Source: the human T2T-CHM13v2.0 reference genome, Homo sapiens
Direction of reading: 5' to 3'
NCBI GenBank assembly: GCA_009914755.4
Contig: CP068257.2
Location: 8,896,001-8,960,000, forward strand
Length of the DNA: 64,000 nucleotides
Part shown: one piece after another, positions 1 through 12,924 of the stretch
Layout: each line of letters starts with the position of its first letter
Numbering within the stretch: position 1 is the first letter of the stretch
The notes under the pieces: generated by a model
Seen by the model: only the letters and a program-made list of their open reading frames with translations
What the model was told of the DNA's origin: nothing
Database searches by the model: none
Position numbers and translations under genes: made by a program

Positions 1-116
1 AAAAAGAGTGTTTAAAAACTGCTCTACCAAAAGGAAGATTCAACTCTTTGTTTTGAATGTGCAGATCACAAAGAAGTTTCTGAGAATGCTTCTGTCTAGT
101 TTTTATGTGAAGATAT

Positions 117-133
117 TCCCGTTTCCAACGAAG
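117..133 (-). promoter_or_regulatory. Intact CENP-B box (reverse complement of CTTCGTTGGAAACGGGA).
   Basis: The + strand reads tCCCGttTccaaCGAAg. This matches the reverse complement of the essential core nTTCGnnnnAnnCGGGn. Confidence 0.85.
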
Positions 134-288
134 GCCTCTAAGCAGTACAAATATCCACTTTGCAGATTTTGCGAAAAGAGTGTTTCCAAACTGCTCTATC
201 AAAAGAAACGTTCAACTCTGTGAGTTGAATGCACACATCACATAGAAATTTCCCAGAATTCTTCTGTCTAGTTCTTATGTGAAGATAT

Positions 289-305
289 TCCCGTTTCCGA
301 CGAAG
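289..305 (-). promoter_or_regulatory. Intact CENP-B box in the adjacent monomer.
   Basis: The + strand reads tCCCGttTccgaCGAAg. All essential positions are conserved. It lies 172 bp from the previous box. Confidence 0.8.
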
Positions 306-1141
306 GCCTCAAAGCAGTCCAAATATCCACTTGCAGATTCTACGAAACGAGTGTTTCAAAACTGCTCTATGAAAAGGTATGTTCAAATCTGTGAGTTGAA
401 TGCACACATCACAAAGAACTTTCTGAGAATGCATCTGTCTAGATTTATGTAAAGATATTCCTGTTTCAAAGAAAACCTAAAAGCAGTCCAAATATCCACT
501 TGCAGATTCTACGAAAAGAGTGTTTCAAAACTCCTCTATGAAAAGGTATTTTCAACTTTGTGAGTTGAATGCAAACAGCACAAAGAAGTTTCTCAGAATG
601 CTTCTGTCTGGTTTTTATGTGAAGATATTTTCTTTCTCACCATAGGCCTCAAAGCTCTCCAAATGTCCACTTGCAGATTCTTCAAAAAGAGTGTTTCAAG
701 ACTGCTCTATGAAAAGAAAGGTTCAAGTGTGTGAGTTGAATGCCCACATCACAAAGAAGTTTCTGAGAATGCTTTTGTCTACTTTTTATTTGAAGATATT
801 CACATTTCCAACGAAGGCCTGAAAGCATTCCAATTATCCATTTGCATATTCTACCAAAAGAGTTTTCCAAAGCTGCTCTATGTAAAGGTATGTCCGTCTC
901 TGTGAGTTGAATGCAAACATAACAAATTAGGTACTGAGAATGTTTCTGTCTAGTTTTCATGGGAAGGTATTTCCATTTCCACCATATGCTTCAAAAGTCT
1001 CCAAATGTCCTCTTGCAGATTCTATAAAAACAGTGTTTCAAAACAGCTCTATCAAAAGAAAGGTTCAACTCTATGAGTTGAATGCCCACATCACAAAGGT
1101 GTTTCTGAGAATGCTTCTGTCTAGTTTTTATGTGAAGATAT

Positions 1142-1158
1142 TCCCGTTTCCAACGAGG
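1142..1158 (-). other. Decayed CENP-B box (CGAA changed to CGAG).
   Basis: The sequence tcccgtttccaacgagg has a substitution at an essential position. Similar decayed boxes lie at about 1824-1840 (CAAA), 2507-2523 (CGTA), 3364-3380 (TGAA) and 3705-3721 (TGAA). Confidence 0.6.
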
Positions 1159-4100
1159 TCCTTAAAGCAGTCCAAATATCCTCTTGCAGATTCTACAAAA
1201 AGAGTGTTTCAAAACTGCTCTACGAAAAGTTATTTTCAACTCTGTGAGTTGAATGCAAATATCACAAAGATGTTTTTGAGAATGCTTCTGTCCAGTTTTT
1301 ATGTAAAGATATTTCCTTTTCCACTGTAGGCCTCAAAGCTCTCTTGGCTTTGCACTTGCAGATTCTACAAAAAGAATGTTTCAAACTGCTCCTTCAAAAG
1401 AGTGGTTCAGCTCTGTGAGTTGAATGGCCTCATCACAAAGAAGTTTCTGAGAATGCTTCTGTCTAATTTTTATGTTAAGATATTTCTGTTTCCACTGAAG
1501 GCCTCAAAGCAGTCCAAATATCCCCTTGCAGATACTACGAAAAGAGTTTTTCAAAACTGCGCTATGAAAAGGTATTTCATCTCTGTGAGTTGAATGCAAA
1601 CATCACAAAGAAGTTTCTGAAAATGCTTCTGTCTTCTTTTTATGTGAAGGTATATCATTTTCCACCATAGGCCTCAAAGCTTCCCAAATGTCCACTTGCA
1701 GATTCTACAAATGTCTGTTTCAAAACTGCTCTATCAAAAGAAAAGTTCAACTCTCTGAGTTGAATGCACATATCACAAAGAAGTTTCTGAGAATTCTTCT
1801 TTCTAGATTTTATGTGAAGGTATTCCCGTTTCCAACAAAGGCCTCAAATCAGTCCAAATATCCACTTGTGGATTCTACGAAAAGAGTGTTTCAAAACTGC
1901 TCTATGAAAAGGTATGTTCAACTCTGTGAGTTGAATGCAAACATCACAGAGGAGATTCTGAGAATGCTTCTGTCCAGTTTTTATGTGGAGATATTTCCTT
2001 TTCCACCAAAGGCCTCAAAGCTCTCCAAATGACCACTTGCAGATGCTACAAAAACAGTGTTTCAAAACTGTTCTATGAAAATAAAGGTTAACACTGTGAG
2101 TTGAATGCAATCATCACAAAGTAGTTGCTGAGAATGCTTCTGTCTCGTTTTTTTGTGAAGATATTCTCATTTACAGCGAAGGCCTCAAAGCAGTCCAAAT
2201 ATACACTTGCAGATTCTACGAAAAGAGTGTTTCAAAACTGCTCTATGTAAAGTTATGTTCACCTCTCTTAGTTGAATGCAAACATCACAAAGAAGTTTCT
2301 GAGAATTTTTCTATCTAGTTTTTATGTGAGGATATTTCCTTTTCCACTGTAGGCCTCAAAGCTCTCCAAATGTCCACTTGCAGATTGTACAAAGTGAGTG
2401 CTTCAAAACTGCTCTATCAAAAGAAAGGTTCAAATCTCTGAGTTGAATGCCCACATCAAAAAGTTTTTTCTGAGAATGCTTCTATCTAGTTTTTATATGA
2501 AGATATTCCCGTTTCCAACGTAGTCCTTAAAGTAGTCCAAATATCCAATTGCAGATTAAACGAAAAGGGTGTTTCAAAACTGCTCTATGAAATGTTATGT
2601 TCATCTCTGTGTTGGTTGAATGCAAACATCACAAAGAACGTTCTGAAAATGCTTCTGTTTCGTTTTTATGTGAAGATTTTCCCATTTCCAACGAAGGTCT
2701 CAAAGCCGTCCACATATCCATTTGCAGATTCTACGAAAAGTGTGTTTCGAAACTTCTCTATGAAAAGGTGTGTTTAATTCTGTGAGTTGAATGCAACCAT
2801 CACAAAGAAGTTTCTGAGAATCCTCCTGTCTAATTTTTATGTGAAGATATTCCCTTTTCCAACCAAGGCCTTAAAGCAGTCCAAATATCCATTTGCAGTT
2901 TCTACGAAAAGAATGTCTCAAATCTGCTCTATGATAAGGTACTTTCAACTCTGTGAGTTGAATGCGCACATCACAAAGAAGTTTCTGAGAATGCTTATGT
3001 CTAGTTTTTATGTGAAGATATTCCCATTTCCATCGAAGGCCTCAAAGCTGTCCAAATACACACTTGCAGATTCCACGAAAAGAGTGTTTCAAATCTGAGA
3101 TACGACAACGTATGTTCAACTCTTTGTGTTGAACGTAAACATCACAAAGAGGTTTCTAAGAATGCTTCTGTCTAGCTTTTATGTGAAAATATTTCCTTTT
3201 CCACCTTAGGCCTCAAATCTTTCCAAATGTCCACTTGCAGATTCTACTAAAAGGGTGTTTCAAAACTTCTCTACCAAAAGAAAGGTTCAACTCTGTGAGT
3301 GGAATGCACACATCACAAATAAGTTTCTGAGAATGCTTCTGTCTCATTTTTAAGTGAAGATATTCCCGTTTCCAATGAAATCCTCAAGGCAGTCCAAATA
3401 TCCACTTGCAGATTCTACAAAAAGAGTGTTTCAAAACTGCTCTATGAAAAGATATGTTCAACTCTGTGAGTTGAGTGAAAATATCACAAAGAAGTTTCTG
3501 AGAATGCTTCTGTCTAGTTTTTATGTGAAGATATTTCCTTTTCCAATGTAGGCCTCAAAGCTTTCCGAATGTCCACTTACAGATTCTGCAAAAGAGTGTT
3601 TCAAATCTACTCTCTCAAAAGAAAATTTCAACTCTGTGAGTTGAAGACGCACATCACAAAGCAGTTTTTGAGAATCCTTCGGTCTAGTTTTTATGTGAAG
3701 ATATTCCCGTTTCCAATGAAGGCCTAAAATTAGTCCAAATATCCAATTGTAGATGCTACGAAAAGAGTATTTCAAAACTGCTTTGTGAAAAGGTATGTTC
3801 AACTCCTTGAGTTGAATGCCAACATCACAAACAAATTTCTGAGAATGCTTCTGTCCAGTTTTCTTGTGAAGATATTTCCTTTTCCACCATAGGCCTCAAA
3901 GATCTCCAAATGTCCACTTGCAGATTCTACAAAAAGAGTGTTTCAAAACTGCTCTATCAAAGAAAGGTTCAACTCTGTGAGTTGAATGCACACATCAAAA
4001 AGCAGTTCCTCAGAATGCTTCTGTGTTGTTTTTATGTGAAGGTATTTCGTTTTTCACCATAGGCCTCAAAACGCTACAAATGTCCACTTGCAGTTTCCAC

Positions 4101-7100
4101 AAAAAGAGTGAATCAAAACTGCTCTATCAAAAGAACGGTTCAACTCTGTGAGTTGAATGCACACATCACAAAGAAGATTCTGAGAATGTTTCTGTCTAGT
4201 TCTTGTGAAGATATCCCTTTTCCATCAAAGGCCTCAAAGCGGTCCAATTATACACTTGCAAATTCTACAAAAAGAGTGTTTCAAAACTGCTCTATGAAAA
4301 GGAATTTTCAACTTTGTGAGTTGAGTGCACACATCACAAAGAAGTTTCTGAGAATACTGCTGTGTTGTTTTTAGGTGAAGATGTTTCCTTTTTCACCACA
4401 GGCCACAAAGCGCTCCAAATATCCACTTGCAGATTGTACAAAAAAAGTGTTTCAAAGCTGCTCTATCAAAAAAAAGCTTCAACTCTCTGAGTTGAGTGCA
4501 TCCATCCCAAAGAAGTTTCTGAGAATGCTTCTGTCTAGTTTTTATGTGAAGATATTTCCTTTTTCACCATAGGCCTCAAAGCATTACAAATGTCCAATTG
4601 CAGATATTACAAAAAGAGTGTTTCAAAACTGCTCTATCAATAGAAAGGTTCAACTCTGAGAATTGAATGCACACATCACAAAGAAGTTTCTGAGAATGTT
4701 TCTGTCAAGTTTTCTTGAAGATATCTCGTTTCCAACGAAGTTCTCAAAGCGGTCCAAATATCCACTTGCAAATTCTACAAAAAGAGTGTTTCAAAATTGC
4801 TCTATGAAAAGGAGTGTTCCACTCTGTGAGTTGAAAGGAAACAACACAAAGAAGTTTCTGAGAATGCTTCTGTGTAGTTTTTATGTGAAGATATTTCCTT
4901 TTTCACCATTGGCCTCAAAGCCCTCCAAAAGTCCAGTTGCAGATTCTACAAAAAGGTAGTTTCAAAACTGCTCTATCAAAGGAAAGGTTCAACTCTGTGG
5001 ATTGAATGCACACATTACAAAGAAGTTTCTGAGAATGCTTCTGTCTAGTTTTTATGTGAAGATACTTCGTTTTTCACCATAGACTTCAAAGTGCCCTAAA
5101 TGTCCACTTGCAGGTTCTCCAAAAAGAGTGCTTCAAATCTCCTCTATCAAAAGAAAGTTTCAACTCTCTGAGTTGAATGCACACATTACAAAATTATCTG
5201 AGAATGCTTCTGTGAAGTATTTATGAGAAGATATTTCCTTTTTCACCATAGGCCTGAAGGAGCACCAAATGTTCACTTGCAGATTCTATATAAAGAGTGT
5301 TTCAAAACTGCTCTATCAAAAGAAAGGTTCAACTCTGAGTTGAACGAACACATCACCAATAAATTTCTGATAATTATTCCATCCACTTTTTATGTGAAGG
5401 TATCCCCTTTCCAATGACTTCCTCAAAGCGGTCCAAATATCCACTTACACATTCTACAAAAAGAGTGTTTCAAAACTGCTCTATTAAAAGAAAGTTTCAA
5501 CTCTGTGAGGTGAATGTACACATCACAAAGAAGTTTCTGAGAATGCTTCTGCCTAGTTTTTATGTGAAAATATTTTCTTTTTCACCATAGGCTTCAAAGC
5601 ACTCCAATTGTCCACTTGCAAATAGTTTAAAAAGAGTGTTTCAAAATTGCTCTATCAAAAGAAAGGTTGAACTCTGTGGGTTGAATGCACACATCACAAA
5701 GAAGTTTGTGAGAATGCTTCTGTCTAGTTTTTATGTGAAGATACTTCGTTTTTCACTATAGGCCCCAAAGGGCTCCAAATGTCCAGTTGCAGATTCTACA
5801 AAGAGAGTGTTTCAAATCTGCTCTATCAAAAGAAAGGTTCAACTCTGTGAGTTGAATGCACACATCACAAGGAAGATTCTGAGAATGCTTCTGTCTAGTT
5901 TTTATGTGAAGATAGTTCCTTTTACACCTTAGGCCTCAAGGAGCTCCAAATGTCCACTTGCAGATTCTACAAAAGGAATGTTTCAAAACTGCTCTATCAA
6001 AAGCAAGGTTCAATTCTTTGAGATGAACGCACACATCACAAAGGAGTTTCTGGGAATGCTTCTGTCTAGTTTTTAAGTGAAGATGTTCCTTTTCCAATGA
6101 AGGCCTCAAAGCCGTCCAAATATCCACTTGCAAATTCTTCAAAAAGAGTGTTTCAAAACTGCTCAATGAAAAGGAATGTTCAACTCTGTGAGTTGAAAGC
6201 AAACGTCACAAAGAAGTTACTGAGAATGCTTCTGTTTAGTTTTTATGTGAAGATATTTCCTTTTTCACCATAGGCTTCAAAGCGCTCCAAATGTCCACTT
6301 TCAGATTCTACAAAAAAAGTGTTTCAAAACTGCTGTATGAAAAGAAAAGTTGAATTCTCTGAGTTGAATGCACACATCTGAAAAATGTTTATGAGAATGC
6401 TTCTGTGAAGTTTTTATGTGAAGATATTTCCTTTTTCACTGTAGGTATCAAAGAGCTCCAAACGTCCACTTGCGGATTCTACAAAAAGAGTGTTTCAAAA
6501 CTGCTCTATCAAAAGAAATGTTCAATTCTGTGAGTTGAATGCACACATCACAAAGAAGTTCCTGAGAATGCTTCTGGGTAGTTTTTGTGTGAAGATATTT
6601 CCTTTTTCACCATAGGATTCAAAGCGTTCCAAATGTCCACTTGCAGATTCTACAAAAAATGTGTTTCAAAATTGCCCTATCAAAAGAAAGGCTCAACTCT
6701 GTGAGTTGAATGCATACATTCCAAGGAAGATTCTGAGAATGCTTCTGTCTAGTTTTTATGTGAAGATATTTCCTTTGTCACTTCAGGCCTCAAAGTGCAC
6801 CAAATGTCCACTTGCAGATACTACAAAAAGAATGTTTCCAAACTGCACTATCAGAAGAACGGTTTAACTCTGATAGTTGAATGCACACATCACAAAGAAG
6901 TTTCTGAGAATGCTTCTGTCTAGTTTTTGTGAAGATATCCCAATTCTCAAGAATGCCTCAAAGTGGTCAAAATACCCACTTGTAAATTCTACAAAAAGAG
7001 TGCTTCAAAACTGCTGTATGAAAAGGAATGTTCAACTCTGTGAGTTGAATGCAACCAACACAAAGAAGTTTCTGAGAATGCTTCTGTGTAGTTTTTAGGT

Positions 7101-7967
7101 AAAGATATTTCCTTTTTCACCATAGGCCTCAAAGTGCTCCAAATGTCCAGTTGCAGATATTTCAAAAAGATTGTTTCAAAACTACTCTATCAAAAGAAAG
7201 GTTCAACTCTGTGAGTTGAATGCACACAGCACAAAGAAGTTTCTGGGAATGCTTCTGTCTAGTTTTTATGTGAAGATATTTCCTTTTTCACCATTAGCCT
7301 CAAAGCACTCAAATGTCCACTTGCAGATTCTAAAAAAAAGAGTGTTTCAAAACTTCTCTATCAAAAGAAAGGTTCAAAACTTTGAGTTGAATGCACACAT
7401 CCCAAAGAAGTTTCTGGCAATGCCTCTTTCTAGTTTTTATGTGAAGATATTCCTTTTCCAATGAAGGTCTCCAAGCCGTCCAAATATTCAATTGCAAATT
7501 CTACAAAAATAGTGTTTCAAAACTGCTCTATGAAAAGCAATGTTCAACTTGTGAGTTGAAAGCAAACATCACAAAGAATTTTCTGAGAATCCTTCTGTGT
7601 AGTTTTAATGTGAAGATGTTTCCTTTTTCACCATAGGCTTCAAAGTGCTTCAAATGTCTACTTGCAGATTCTACAAAAAGAGTGTTTCAAAACTCCTCTA
7701 TCAAAAGAAAGGTTCAACCTTTTGAGTTGAATCCACACCCCACAAAGAAGTTAATGGGAATGCTTCTGTCTAGTTTTTGTGAAGATATCCCTTTTCCAAC
7801 GAAGTCCTCATATTGGTCCAAATATACACTTGCAAATTCGACAAAAAGAGTGTTTCAAAACTGCTTTATGAAAACGAATGTTCAACTCTGTTAGTTGAAA
7901 GTGAACAACACAGGAAGTTTCTCAGAATGCTTCTGTGTAGTTGTTATGTCAACATATTTCCTTTTTC

Positions 7968-8224
7968 ACCATAGCCCTCAAAGCACTCCAAATGTCCCCT
8001 TGCAGATTCTACAAAAAGAGGGTTTCAAAACTGCTCTATCAAAGAAGGCTTCAAAGCTGTACAAATATCCACTTGCAAATTCTACAAAAAGTGTTTTTCA
8101 AAACTGCTCAATGAAAAGGAATGTTCACCTCTCTGAGTTGAAAGCAAAACACACAAAGAAGATTCTGAGAATGCTTCTGTCTGGTTTTTATGTGAAGATA
8201 TTTCCTTTTTCACCATAGGCCTCA
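7968..8224 (-). repeat. Alpha-satellite interval with an internal deletion of about 100 bp that fuses a partial A-type monomer to a B-type monomer at about 8040/8041.
   Basis: The ccatag anchors at 7968 and 8212 are 244 bp apart instead of 342. The fusion reads ctctatcaaa|gaaggcttcaaagctgtacaaatatccacttgc. Confidence 0.5.
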
Positions 8225-11200
8225 AAGCACTCCAAATGTCCACTTGCAGATTGAAAAAAAAAAGAGTGTTTCAAAACTGCTCTATCAAAAGAACGGTTCA
8301 AGTCTGTGAGTTGAATTCACACATCAAAAAGAAGTTTCTGAGAATGCTTCTATATATTTTTTGTGAAGATATCACATTTCTAATGAAGGCCTCAAAGCGA
8401 TCCAAATATGCACTTGCAAATTCTTCAAAAAGAGTGTTTCAAACATCTCAATGAAAAGAAATGTTCAGATCCGTGTCTTGAATGCACACATCACAAAGAA
8501 GTTTGTGAGAATTGTTCTGTCTAGTTTTTATGTGAAGATACTTCGTTTTTCACTATAGGACCCAAAGGGCTCCAAATGTCCAGTTGCAGATCCTACAAAG
8601 AGAGTGTTTCAAAACTGCTCTATCAAAAGAAAGGTTCAACTCTGTGAGTTGAATGCACACATCAAAAGGAAGATTCTGAGAATGCTTCTGTCTAGTTTTT
8701 GTGTGAAGATATTTCCTTTTTCACCTTTTTCACTCCATTCCACTCGAGTTGATGCCATTCCATATCATTGCACTCGAGGCTACTTCATTCCATTCCATTC
8801 CAATCCATTCTTTTCGTGTCCATTCAATTCAAATGCATTCCATTCCATTCCATTCCATTCCATTCCATTCCATTCCATTCCATTTTACTCGAGTTGATTC
8901 CATTCCATTCTATTGCATTCCATTCCAATCCATTCCATTCCATTCCATTCCACTCCAGTTGATTCCATTCAATTCTATTGCATTGGAGGCCAGTTCATTC
9001 CATTCCATTCCTTTCCATTCTAATGCATTCCATTTCATTCCCTTCCAACCCATTCCATTCCATTCCATTCCATTCCATTCCATTCCACTTGACTCCATAC
9101 CATTTCATTCTATAGCATTCCATTCCATTCCATTCCATTCCATTTCACTCCATTCCACTCGAGATGATTCCATTGCATTCTATTGCATTTGAGGCCACTC
9201 CTTTCCATTCCATTCCATTCCATTCTCTTCGGGTCCATTCAATTCAAATGCATTCCATTCCATTCCATTCCAGTCGAGGTGATTCCATTCCATTCTATTG
9301 CATTCCATTCCATTCCATTGCATTCCATTCCATTCCATTGCATTCCATTCCATTCCATTCCATTCCATTCCATTCCACTCGAGTTGATTCCATTCCATTC
9401 TAATGCATTCCATTCCATTCCATTCCATTCCAACCCATTCCATTCCATTCCACTCGACTTGATTCCATTCCATTATATTGCATTCGAGGCCACTTCATTC
9501 GATTCCATTCATTTCCATTCAATTCTTTTCGTGTCCATTCAAGTCACATGCATTCCATTCCATTGCATTCCATTCCATTCCGTTCGAATCCATTCCATTC
9601 CATTCCATTCCACTCAAGTGGATTCCATTCCATTCCATTCCATTCCATTGTATTCCATTCCATTTCACTGCATTCCATTCCATTCCATTCCATTGCATTC
9701 CATTCTGTTCCAGGTGAATTGATTCCATTCCATTCCATTCCATTCCATTCCATTCCATTCCATTGCATTCCATTCCATTCCACTGCAGTTGATACCATTC
9801 CATTCTATTGCATTTCATTCCATTCCATTCCATTCCATTCTATTCCATTCCATTCCATTCTATTCCATTCCATTCCATTCCATTCCGTTCCATTTCACTC
9901 CATTCCACTCAAGATGATTCCGTTGCAATCTAATCTATTGCATTCGAGGCCACTTCATTCCATTCCATTCCATTCCATTCTCTTCAGGTCCATTCAATTC
10001 AAATGCATTCCATTCCATTCCATTCCAGTCAACTCGAGTTGATTCCATTCCATTCTATTGCATTGTACTGCATTCCATTCCATTCCATTCCATTCCATTC
10101 CATTCCATTCCATTACATTACATTCCATTCCACTCGAGTTGATTCCATTCCACTTTATAGCATTCCATGCCATTCCATTCCATTCCATTCCATTCCACTC
10201 GAGCTGATACCATTCCATTCTATTGAATTCCATCCCATTCCATTCCATTCCATTCAATTCCACTCCATTCCATTCGAGATGATTCCATTGCAATCTATTG
10301 CATTCGAGTCCACTTAATTCCATTCCATTCCATTCCATTCCATTCCATTCCATTCCATTCCATTCCATTCTCCTGGGTCCATTCAATTCAATTGCATTCG
10401 ATTCAATTCCATTCCATTCCATTCCATTCCATTCAACTCGAGGTGATTCTGTTCCATTCTATAGCATTCCATTCTGTTCCATTCCACACCATTTCATTCC
10501 ATTACATTCCATTACATTCATTCCATTCCAATCCATTCCATTCCACTCCATTTCATTCCATTTCATTCCACTCCATTCCATTCCATTCCATTCCATTCCA
10601 TTCCACTCCATTCCATTCCATTCCATTCCATTCCATTCCATTCCACTCGAGTTGATTCCATTCCATTCTATTGCATTCCATTCCATTCCATTCAATTCCA
10701 TTTCACTACATTCCACTTGAGATGATTCTATTGCAATCTATTGCAGTCGAGGCCACTTCATTCCATTCCACTCCATTCCATTCTCTTCGGGTCCATTCAA
10801 TTAAAATGCTTTCCATTCCATTCCATTCCATTCCATTCCATTCCATTCAACTCGAGTTGATTCCATTCCATTCTATTGCATTCCATTCCATTCCGTTCCA
10901 TTCCATTCCTTTCCATTCCATTGCATTCCATGCCATACCACTCGAGATGATTCCATTCCAATCTATTGCATTCCATGCCATTCCTTTCCATTCCATTCCA
11001 TTCCATTCCACTCGAGATACCATTCCATTCCTTTGCAGTCCATTCCATTCCACTCGAGATACCATTCCATTCCTTTGCATTCCACTAGAGATGATTCCAT
11101 TCCATTCTATTGCATTCGAAGCCACTTCATTCCATTCCATTCCATTCCAATCTCTTCAGGTCCATTCAATTCAAATGCATTCCATTCCACTCCATCCCAT

Positions 11201-12924
11201 TCCATTCCAATCCATTCCATACCATTCCATTCGAGTTGATTCCATTTCATTCTAATGCATTCCATTCCATTCTGTTCCATTCCATTCTATTCCACTCGAA
11301 TTGATTCCATTCCATTCTATTGCATTCCATTCCATTCCATTCCATTCCATTCCATTCCATTCTCTTCCATTCCATTCAACTCCATTCCATTCCACTTGAG
11401 TTGATTCCATTCCATTCTATTGCATTCCATTCCATTCCATTCTATTCCATTCCACTCGAGTTGATACCATTCCATTCAATTGCATTGAATTTCATTCCAT
11501 TCCATTCTGTTCCATTCCATTCCAATCCACTCGAGTTGATTCCATTCCACTCTAATGCATTCCATTCCATTCCATTCCATTCCATTCCATTCCATTCCAT
11601 TCCATTCCATTCCATTCCATTCCAATCGAGTTGATTCCATTTCATTCTATTGCATTGCATTCCATTCCATTCCATTCTATTCCATTACACTCGATTTGAT
11701 TACGTTTCATTCTGTTGCATTCCATTCCATTTCATTCTATTCCACTCCATTCAACCCAAGTTGATTCCAATCCATTCTATTGCATTCGAGGCCACTTCTT
11801 TCCATTCCATTCCATTCCATTCCATTCCATTATTTTCGGGTCCATTCAATTCAAATGCATTGCATTGCATTCCATTCCATTCCATTCCATTCCGTTACAT
11901 TCCATTCCATTCCGCTCGAGTTTATTAAATTCCATTCTCTTGCATTCTATTCCATTCCATTCCATTGCACTCGAGTTGATTCTATTCCATTCCATTCCAT
12001 TTCATTCCATTCCACTCGAGTTGATTCCATTCCATTCTATTGCATTCCATTCCATTCCATTCCATTCCATTCCTTTCCATTCCACTCGATTTGATACCAG
12101 TCAATTCTCCTGCATTCCATTCCATTCTATTCCATTCCATTCCATTTCTTTCCATTCCATTCCATTCCACTCGAGAAGATTCCATTCCATTCTATTGCAT
12201 TCAAGGCCACCTCATTCCATTCAATTCCATTCCATTCCAATCCATTCCACTCTAATTGATTTCATTCCATTCTATTGCATTCCATTCCATTCCATTCCAT
12301 TGCATTGCATTCCATTCGAGTTGATTCCATTCCATTCCGTTCCACTCGAGTTTATTCCTGTCCATTCTATTGCATTTGAGGCCACTTCATTCCATTCCAT
12401 TCCATTCCATTCCATTCCATTCCATTCCATTCTATTGCATTCCATTCCATTCCATTCCACTCCATTCCATTCCATTCCATTCCATTCCATTCCATTCTAT
12501 TGCATTCCATTCCATTCCATTCCACTCGAGTTGATTCTATTCCATTCTATGGCATTCCATTCCATTCCATTCAGTTCCTTTCCATTCCACTCTAGTTGAA
12601 TCCATTCCATTCTATTGCATTCCATTCCATTCCATTCCATTCCATTCCATTCCATTCCACTCGAGTAGATTCCATTCCCTTCCATTGCATTCCATTCCAT
12701 TCCATTCCATTAAATTCCATACCTCTCAAGTTGATTCCATTACATTCTATTGCATTATATTCCATTCCATTCCATTCCATTCAACTCCATTCCAACCGAG
12801 TTGTGTCCATTCCATTACATTGCATTCGAGGCCACTTCCTTCCATTCCATTCCATTCCATTCAAATTCTTTCGTGTCCATTCAATTCAAATGCATTTCTT
12901 TCCTTTCCATTTCATTGCATTCCA

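Larger units (their letters stand above)
1..8725 (-). repeat. Alpha-satellite array of about 51 monomers with a 171-172 bp period. It is divergent with irregular A/B monomer types and is the reverse complement of the conventional consensus.
   Basis: The canonical alpha-satellite monomer recurs every 171-172 bp, for example agagtgtttcaaaactgctctatgaaaagg...gttcaactctgtgagttgaatgcacacatcacaaagaagtttctgagaatgcttctgtctagtttttatgtgaagatattcccgtttccaacgaaggcctcaaagcagtccaaatatccacttgcagattctacgaaa. Monomers differ by about 10-25 percent, so this is not a homogeneous higher-order repeat. Two monomer types can be told apart: B-like (…tttccaacgaaggcctcaaagcagtccaaatatcc…) and A-like (…ttttcaccataggcctcaaagc[gt]ctccaaatgtcc…). 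Confidence 0.95.

Noticed and set aside
8230-8260. A-run (gaaaaaaaaaagag) as a possible retrotransposon poly-A or terminator.
   Set aside because: It lies within an otherwise normal alpha monomer at the position of the usual acaaaaagagtg segment. It is a simple homopolymer expansion.
8-8454. ORFs of 60-129 aa in the alpha-satellite region with recurring peptides such as FLRMLLSSFYVKIFPFP.
   Set aside because: The same peptide recurs every 171 bp because it is a frame through each alpha monomer. The ORFs are terminated by chance and are non-coding.
8700-8760. Mobile-element insertion at the alpha/HSat junction.
   Set aside because: I see no terminal inverted repeats, target-site duplication, poly-A tail or transposase/ORF2-like coding sequence. 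The TTTTT at 8726-8730 is too short to indicate a retroelement tail.
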